NCBI GenBank assembly: GCA_951406725.2
Contig: OX597819.1
Location: 105,400,001 to 105,464,000, forward strand
Length of the DNA: 64,000 nucleotides
From: Octopus vulgaris
Taxonomy: Eukaryota
Direction: 5' to 3'
A model generated the notes under the pieces. It searched no databases. It saw only the letters and a list, made by a program, of their open reading frames with translations, and was not told the origin of the DNA. Made by a program: the position numbers and the translations under genes. Of this stretch, positions 53,694-64,000 are shown in pieces. Numbering within the stretch: position 1 is the stretch's first letter; each line of letters begins with the position of its first letter.

Positions 53694-53850
53694 ACATACA
53701 TATACATACATACATACATACATACATACATACATACATACATACATACATACATACATACATACATACATACATACATACATACATACATACATACATA
53801 CATACATACATACATACATACATACATACATACATACATACATACATACA
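53694..53850. repeat. (TACA)n microsatellite
   Basis: Direct reading. Confidence 0.97.
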
Positions 53851-54184
53851 TGCTACATGTATACACAATGTATACTCGTAGCTACAGGTGCTGAAAATGC
53901 ATGTGCTTGTATGTGTTAGTCAGGTTTGCTGTAATAGCTCTTAATTCCTCTCATAGTTCTCAATTTTCTATTCACTTCTGTTCTTTTGTGGTTCAGAAAT
54001 GCTTGGGCGTTCATAAAATGTGAACAAAGTCAGCATCTTTCGGTACACATAAAAGGGATTAACGAATTACCGCTAATAGATACCTACTTACATGTACATA
54101 GATATATAAATAAATGCATACATACATACATACATACATACATACATACATACATACATACATACATACATACATACTTACATG

Positions 54185-54432
54185 TATGATGGTTGTCCAT
54201 TCCTTATGCAGTGTCTGGCGCTAATATCTTAGATCTATCATGGCGTTCGATGTGTTTTTCTTTTTTTAAACCAGACAATGTTTTGAATAGACACCCACAT
54301 AGATTGCATATCTGATTTGGATTACCAAGTTCTGCAGTCAAGTTCTGATCTTTATGCGTATTAAAATGTCTTTTCAGGCCACCTTTAGATTTGCAGACCT
54401 GATGGCATACGCAGCATTGACAGGTTTGACAG
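54185..54432 (-). mobile_element. Probable RTE-LINE 3' terminus encoding two C2H2 zinc-finger motifs
   Basis: CCVC-x12-HFNTH and CNLC-x14-HIERH, stop at 54204, short tail into (TATG)n. Bounded by TACA-type repeats. Confidence 0.55.
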
Positions 54433-55050
54433 ATATACATACGTATTACATACGTACGTACATACTTACATACATATATATGTATATGTAAGTGTGTACA
54501 TATATATTTCATATATACAATTACAGACATACATATTTATGTTTATATTTATGTGTACACAAATAGAAACAGCCTTATTAATATATATATATATATATAT
54601 ATACATATATAAGAATTTTTTGCATAATAAGTTAAAAGACCAAGGATGTATAGATATTAGAGCATTTATAGATAGGTCTTACAGCTGTTTCTAGGATGTT
54701 GGGGATAATTCCTTACCATTTACACACACACACACATACGTATATGTATAGTACATATGTATGTGTGTGTGTGTATCTTTGTGTCTGTGTTTGTCACCTT
54801 TCGCAGCGTGACAATTGGTGTTCGTGTGTTTACGTCACCGTATCTTAGCGGTTTGGCAAAAACGACCGATAAAATAAGTACTTAGTTTAAGAAACAAGTC
54901 CCATGGTCGATTTATTCGACTAAAACCATTCAAGGCGGTGCTCCAGCATGGCCGCAGTAAAAGAATGAAATAATAAAATATCAAGTAAAAGAATGAAATA
55001 ATAAAATATCATATATACATATATATATGCAAATTAAGTACTCCTTCATA

Positions 55051-55307
55051 GAGTAACTGTTGCGTTTGTTGAGTATATAAACAGATTGGCTGCTTCTATC
55101 TCTGAAGACTGTCAGAATGATGTGGACGCCGCTGATGAGACCCCAATAAGTTTCGAAAATCGTTTAAGGTTGTTCATAATTTTTTATCAGTCAACGGAGA
55201 AATGGCTAATAATAGCCCTGTTTATAATTATACCATATGTTACATATTCATTATACTGTGTGGAGTAACTGTTGCATTTGTTGAATATATAAACAGTTTG
55301 GCTGCTT
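55051..55307 (+). mobile_element. Retrozyme/Penelope pseudo-LTR-like unit: 45-bp direct repeats 212 bp apart enclosing a decayed hammerhead
   Basis: 55051-55095 matches 55263-55307 with 3 mismatches. CTGATGA at 55132-55138 and GAAA at 55155-55158, with partial stems. Confidence 0.5.
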
Positions 55308-55332
55308 ATATACTCTGTTTATATATATATAT

Positions 55333-55487
55333 AGGCGCAGGAGTGACTGCGTGGTAAATATGTTACTTACCAACCACATAATTTAGTCCTACTGCGTGGC
55401 ACCTTGGGTAAGTGTCTTCTACTATAGCCTCGGGTCGACCAAAGCCTTGTGAGTGGATTTGTAGACGGAAGCAGAAAGAAGCTCGTC

Positions 55488-55531
<44 letters not shown>

Positions 55532-55712
55532 GTGTGTCTGTGTTTATCCCTCCATTACTCGACAACCGATGTTGGTGTGTTTACGTCCCCGTAACCTTGC
55601 GGTTCGGCAAATAGAACGACAGAATAAGGTTTACAAAGAATAAGTCCTGAGGTCGATTTCTTCGACTAAAGGTGGTGCTTCAGCATGGCCGCAGTCAAAT
55701 GACTGAAACAAA
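55333..55712 (+). mobile_element. CORE-like tRNA-derived SINE
   Basis: Same family as 4749-5167. Confidence 0.85.
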
Positions 55713-55722
55713 TATATATATG

Positions 55723-55790
<68 letters not shown>

Positions 55791-56029
55791 CACTTTTTTT
55801 ATTATCTTTTAGTCGGAATGGAAAGTAATACCTGTGACCATTACAGTGGAAAAATGGGAAAGAAGAAGGTATCCTAAATTAGAAGCATGACCCGAATGCT
55901 CGCAACAGGATGGACTCCTTTAATGGCACCTAAAGTGTCAGATGCTGGTGTTAAGCAGGGCGACTGGTTACGTCTTCTACCGATGTAGGACGACATAGCG
56001 GTATTTGTACACAGAACACAAAGAGCTGG

Positions 56030-56270
56030 AACAAATACCTATTTCTTTATTACCCACAAGGGGCTAAACATAGAGGGGACAAACAAGGACAGACATAGGT
56101 ATTATGTCGATTACATCGACCCCAGTGCGTAACTGGTACTTAATTTATCGACCCCGAAAGGATGAAAGGCAAAGACGACCTCGGCGGAATTTGAACTCAC
56201 AACGTAACGGCAGACGAAGTATCGCAAAGCATTTCGCCCGGTGTGCTAACGCTTCTGCTAGCTCGCCCCT
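56030..56270 (-). mobile_element. MetaSINE-like SINE
   Basis: Reverse complement of 2737-2975. Confidence 0.85.
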
Positions 56271-56913
56271 GGAACAAATACCGCGAAGCATTCTGTCCGA
56301 CGTGTTTATGTGTGTCTATGCTCTATTGGCCTTCGCCTTTCCCTTGGATAACATCGGTAGCGTGGAGAGGGGAGGATGGTGTGCATGGACGACTGGTTCC
56401 ATAAACAACCGTGCCCAGACTTGTGCCTTGGAAAGGAACTTTCTGGGTGCAACCCCATGGTCATTCATGACCGAAGACGGTCTTTATCTGTACTCTTTAT
56501 ATGTGTACACACACACACACACACACACATACACACACATATATATATATACACATATGTACATACGCACATACATACACGTATGCACATGTGTGTGCGT
56601 GCATATCTATGCCAACATACATCCATACAAGTATACATACTATTTGTTTATATACTTACACATACATACAATATATATATTCATTCCAAACGCCATTCCC
56701 AGCAATTGACTGATGTTTACAATATAAAATTTTTCAATTATGTTTGCTGACGTAGAGACGTGGACACTGCTATTGTGATATTCTAATGAAAACATTGTCG
56801 AATGACATAGGTTATCGGGTCTTAAGAATTTATCGTACAAATACTTAGAGATATCTTTGTGAAAAGATGTGTGTACATACATGCATACCCATATGCATAC
56901 TAAATCTGTTTAA

Positions 56914-56961
<48 letters not shown>

Positions 56962-56999
56962 CTACATACAAACGTGTGTGTAAGTGTATTTGTATTCAT

Positions 57000-57383
57000 G
57001 GGGAACAAGTTTTATTTTAAACATGCTATATTGAAAACGTGACAATGTTGTACTTTAAGGTCTGTTGTTAAAATTTTCTGTTATCTCCCTATCAGCCCTT
57101 TATAGTTTATTTCGAACAAGAAAGTTCCCAAATTCATATATATAAACATTTCCAGGCTATGTCAGCCCCATCATCGGGATGCGGAGTGGTTTTGACTTCT
57201 GTACAGTACATTTTAATGGAGGTGGATTATGTTTATACAGATTTTCCTACAAGAATTTGATCGTTAGAGCATTAGAATTATGTTAACTGTAGCCTTGCGT
57301 TGCGATATTAGTACTGCTTTTATAATTGATATTTTTTTGGGTGATTCTGTGAAGTTTAGAAGTATTTTCTATTTACACAACCC
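57000..57383 (-). mobile_element. Decayed 3' end of a Penelope-like element with hammerhead remnant
   Basis: KILL...KKISIIKAVLISQRKATVN resembles the GIY-YIG C-terminal L.I.EAL.I...KP.LN motif. Followed by CCGATGA-stem-GAAA at 57177-57149. Confidence 0.45.
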
Positions 57384-58952
57384 TATGCACCATAAAACAC
57401 ATGTAGGTATTGTAATCACCTTCAGATGCAACATTTAAAAAATGTTCAATGAGCAAATCTTAATATTTTCTGAATTTGTCAATTCCTTTGCCGAGATATT
57501 GTGATCACTAGCATTACTCATGTACGATCAATAAGTAGATTTTAGTCTTTCACAACAATATCAGGTTTATGAGCTTTGGTGGTTCTATCGGCATGTACTA
57601 GGAAAGCATTAAGAAAATAACAGCATCATGAACATCATCATCAGCACCTACACCACCACCACCACTGAGTTGTAATAGAATGCACCACCCAAAGGCAGAC
57701 GTAGATCGCCTTTACCTCCCCAGAGCCTAAGGAGGTCGAGGCCTGATCCAATTTGAACTAGCTTACAAAACAACCACAATTGGACTGGCCAAATATCTTG
57801 AAATAACGAATGACTGGATGCTAAAGCTCGTGGAAAATCACGAGAGACGAAAGAAGCTTCATTCTATCATAGAGGAAAGCGAAAAATTTGCTATTGATCT
57901 CGTGCAGGATACCCAAACTGAACAACCCGAGGGAAGTACGGCAACTATTGTTGCAAAGAAGGTGAAAATAATGGCAACGAAAAAAGCGCACGAGCAATTG
58001 GCTGATAGGTGGGAGGAGAAACCTCTGCACGGCAAATATGTGGCCCGTAGCAAACAGGCTGATGCTGACCAGAAGCAAATCCATCAGTGGCTACGGAGCT
58101 CAGGGCTAAAATCAGAGAGCGAAGGTTTCATCCTGGCTGCTCAAGATCAAAGCCTATTAACCCGGAACTACCAGGCCAATGTGATGAAAAATGGAGCAGA
58201 CCCTAAATGCCGATTATGCAACGACATGATTGAAACAGTGGACCACCTAATCTCTGGATGTAAATTCTTAGCACCAGTGGAGTATAAATTAAGACATGAC
58301 AGAGTTGGCCAATATCTACGTACACTGGCTAATAAGTCGGCATTACAATATCAAAACTGCCGACAAGTGGTATAATCACCACCCTGAAGCTGTAACTGAA
58401 GGAGAAAATGTAACGACTCTGTGGGACTTTCTAGTACATACAGACCGAACCATCAAAGCCAATAAACCGGATATTGTTGTGAAAGACCAAAACAATAAAG
58501 TTTGCTTATTGATCGACATGAGCATCCCCTGTGATCATAATATCTCGGCGAAAGAGTTTGACAAGCTCAGAAAATATAAAGACCTGCTCATTGAAATTGA
58601 GAAAATGTAGCATCTCAAGGCGGTTACAATACCAGTGATCGTAGGAGCACTAGGAATGATCAAGAAGGGAACCGAAAATTATATGAGAATGATCACTGGC
58701 TTACCGCCCCTGAAAGATGTGCAAAAGATTGTCTTAATTGGTACATCACTCGTATTGAGAAGAACATTGTCGATGTGAGAACTATTACTACCCATGTATT
58801 TTAACTTAACTTAAAAAAAAAGAACGAACTAGTGAGTTTAGTTTAATGGCCTACCAATGTATACTATGAGTTTCTTTGCCCTAGGAGTCGGGAAGACACT
58901 CGGCAAGAAATGGAAGCAAATTTGAAAGAAGAAGAAAAAAAATAATAATAAA
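57384..58952 (+). mobile_element. Composite dead Dong/R4-like LINE (inverted RLE fragment + post-RT/CCHC/RLE region); left arm of an inverted duplication
   Basis: HHPKADVDRLYLPRA*GGRGL...ESEGFILAAQDQ...CRLC..HLISGC...NKPDIVVKD. 57405-57605 is an antisense RLE fragment of a sister subfamily. Confidence 0.9.
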
Positions 58953-58959
58953 TGCACAT

Positions 58960-60150
58960 AAGATGTTAGTTATAAATTCCTTAGCAGCCCCAGTTGTTAT
59001 TTATAGTTCCAATGTTTTGAACTGAAATATCAGTGAAATAAATAAAATTGACAGGAAAGTACGTACGCTACTAACTTGCAATAAGATGCACTACTTAAAG
59101 GCAGACGTGGATCATCTTTATCTTTCCAGATCCCAAAGAGGTTAAAGTTTGATCCAGTTTGAACTATATTACAAAACCACCACAATTGGATGCTAAAACG
59201 CGTCGAAAAAATCATGAGAGCGTAAGGATGTAGGAACATTCTGCTATAGTTGAGAGCAAAAAAATTGCTATTGAGTTCCCAGGCTGAACAGCATGAGGGA
59301 AGTGTGGAAACTGTTGTTGCAGAGAAGGCGAAATCAACGGCAAAGAAAAAAAGTACGTGAACAATTGGCTGATAGAGTGAAGCAGAAATCTTTGCATGGC
59401 AAATATGTGGGCCTGTATCAAACAAGCTGATGTTGACCAGACATATACTCACCGGTGGCTACGGGACTCACATCTAAAGGGAGAGAGCGAAGTCTTCATT
59501 TTAATTACACTTATGTCGGCATTATAAAACCAAAACTGTTGACAAATGGTATAAGTATCACCCTGACGCTGTAACTGAGGGAGAGTACGTAACGATTCTT
59601 TGGGACTTTGTAGTACATGCCAATAGAACCACCAAAGCTCATAAACCTGATATTGTTGTGAAAGACCAAAGTCTATTTATTGATCACACAAGAGTAATGC
59701 TTGTGATCACAATATCTCGGCAAGGGAATTATTAAGAAAATATTAAGATTTGCTCATTGAAATAAAAAAAAAAGTCGCATCTCAAGGTGAATACAATATC
59801 ATTGTTTGTAGGAACAGTTAGGATGATCAAGAAAAGAACTGAAAATTATTTGCGAATGATCCCTGGCTTACAATCCATGCAAGAACTGCAAAAAATTGCT
59901 TCAGTTGGTTCGTAACACATATTGAGAAGAGCATCGTCGCTATGACAACGATTACAACCCATGTAAAATTTTCTTTTCTCGCTTTTCTTTCTTCTTTCTT
60001 TTTTTCTTCCACATAACTTGACCTTGTGAATGAATAATCTGGTGTGTTTATTTTAATGGCCTATTAATGTATATAGTGAGTTTCTTTGCCCTAGGTGCCG
60101 AGAAGAGACTCGGCAAGAAATGGAAGCAAAACTGAAAGAAAATCACTAAT
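58960..60150 (+). mobile_element. Older decayed copy of a related Dong/R4-like family
   Basis: Collinear with 57670-58950 but with many indels; ends in (TAA)n. Confidence 0.85.
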
Positions 60151-60561
60151 AATAATAATAATAATAATAATTATTATTGAGAGAGCAGTGCATGTCATGA
60201 AAATGACACGAGTACAAATATACGAAGCCCAGTGTACCCAAATGACTACCCGTGTGATAAGGGTATACCAGGCGCAACATAACAAACATAAGTGAGCAAC
60301 ATGATGATCTCATATCAAGATAAACAGCGCATGACCTTGCAAGTGGGGCCCAGCTAGAATTTTCTTCAGGTCGAGTAGCTTATCTCGCTCAAAAGGTCGC
60401 TGAATAAGGGTTGTTTAAGGATGTTGAACAAAACACCAATGTTTCCAGAGGTGAATTATTCAAATCCCAAAGAATTCCTCTCAGTATATGGCTATGATGC
60501 TCCCCCATTACTTCTGCTCGTGATCAGAGATACACATATTATTATTATTATTGTTATTATT

Positions 60562-60608
<47 letters not shown>

Positions 60609-60956
60609 GTTGTTACTATATTTCATTCCTCAGAGCACTCGATTTTATTTGCTTCGGCTAATTCCACGAGAGCGGACAGCAACTTGTTCTCAAAAATCTC
60701 ACAGTATCTCTTTCCACGATACATACCACCCAAGTACCAATCTCGAAATCTTCTCTTTCCCCAATAGTGCAGATTTTGAGCATGTTCTACCCTCATGTCA
60801 GTTCCAATTTCTCCGATATATTTCTCAAACATGGTTGTTAGTTCTCCAAGGGTCCCTACAATTACTGAGATGACATATACTCTCTTCATTGACCACATTT
60901 CTTCTTCTTCTTCTTCTTCTTCTTCTTCTTCTTCTTCTTCTTCTTCTTCTTCTTCT

Positions 60957-61003
<47 letters not shown>

Positions 61004-61268
61004 TTCTTCTTCTTCTTCTTCTTCTTCTTCTTTTTTTCCTTCTTCTTCTTCTTCTTGTTAATGCGGTGAGCTGACAGAATCTATTACACGCCGGAGAAAA
61101 TGCTTAGCGGCATTTCGTCCATCTTTAAGCTCTGAGTTTAAATTCCGTCGAGGTCGACGTTGCTTTCGTTCCTTTCTAGATCGATAAATTAACTACCAAT
61201 TGAGTACTGGGGTTGATGTAATCAACTTAACCCTCCACGAAAATGTTAGGCCTTGTGCCTGTAGTACA

Positions 61269-61323
<55 letters not shown>

Positions 61324-61869
61324 GAGTGACAGAGTAGTGCATGCCATCAAAGTGACACTGAGGTAAAATACACGAAGCCCAGTATACCCATCATGACTAC
61401 CTGTCTGATAAGGGTACACCAGGGACATGCATCACAACCATATGTACTCGACATGGTGATCTCATATCAAGATAAACAACACATGACCTTGCAGGTGGGT
61501 TCCATTTAGTAACCCATTCCACTCAAAAGGTCCCTGAATCAGGGTTGTTTAAGGATGTTGAACGAAACACTCATGTTTCCAGAGGTTAATTTATTATTAT
61601 TCTATGTTTGACTTTTGCTTTACATTTGCACAAGTTGGCTCCAAGTCTCACCCAGAGACCTCAAGAGACAACAAGTTGGAAGTTCATGTTGGTGTTATGC
61701 CTAGGATGCCATACATTTGGTTTTGTACTTAGTGTTGTTCTTGAGAATGTTTAAGAAACTATAAGAAAATTATGTTCGTTTTAAAACTTGAGATTACATA
61801 GAAAGTATTTTGCGTAGGATATGAGCAATTCCCATGAGCACTATCTTTTGAATTTCTGCCATTATCATA

Positions 61870-63580
<1,711 letters not shown>

Positions 63581-63615
63581 TTATTATTGTTATTATTATT
63601 ATTATTATTATTATT

Positions 63616-64000
63616 CAGTAGTTTTATTTTTATAGCGTGCTTTCACTTCACTACCGAGCGCAGCTCTGTGTGCCTTGGGTATGTGCTGTGATTTGTTGTG
63701 ATGCTCTGATGGTTATTGTATGGAAAGTGTTCTGCGTAGGATGTGTGCAGTGCCTAGTAGTGCAATTTTCTGTATGTTATATGTGTTTGTAAGTCCTGGT
63801 GTTTTTGTTATGTATTTGTCTGAATATTTTTTTATCATGCCTAATGCACCTACTATGATAGGAATTGTTTCTGTTTTCAGGTTCCACATTCGAGTTACCT
63901 CTATTTCCAGGTCTTTGTATTTTGAGAGTTTCTCCATTTCTTTTAGAGACACGTTGTCATCTGCCGGTATTGATACATCAATTAGAAAGCATTTTTTTCT
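63616..64000 (-). mobile_element. Dong/R4-like LINE 3' end (continues beyond window)
   Basis: FLIDVSIPADDNVSLKEMEKLSKYKDLEIEVTRMW...LLGTAHILRRTLSIQ*, 3' UTR and (TAA)n tail. Confidence 0.9.

Overview
Repeat-rich animal DNA. The SINE families, microsatellite load and Dong/R4-type LINEs suggest a coleoid cephalopod, probably Octopus (inference). Two spliced minus-strand genes were reconstructed by hand. They are tandem paralogs encoding small secreted proteins built of six-cysteine chitin-binding type-2 (ChtBD2/CBM14/peritrophin-A) domains, one domain per exon, joined by phase-1 introns. Gene A (21877-21601, 13920-13714, 9515-9319; 226 aa) has a signal peptide and 3 domains. Gene B (44389-44107, 36444-36236; 163 aa) has a signal peptide and 2 domains, and its stop may come from a 1-nt insertion before a vestigial donor. 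Gene A has a perfect AGGTCA-n2-AGGTCA (DR2) element upstream; gene B has a TATA box and an AP-1 site. The rest is mostly mobile DNA. It includes strand-polarised stacks of 5'-truncated Dong/R4-like LINEs alternating with (TAA)n, a 1.5-kb inverted duplicate of a dead composite LINE, and Penelope-like remnants with a near-intact hammerhead ribozyme plus decayed ones. Also present are mariner and maT transposons, a Merlin-like MITE, a Helitron 5' end, L1/Tx1, RTE and CR1/Jockey-like fragments, and many tRNA-derived SINEs. Repeat boundaries were judged by eye and are approximate. Most ORFs in the supplied track are microsatellite or SINE read-through.
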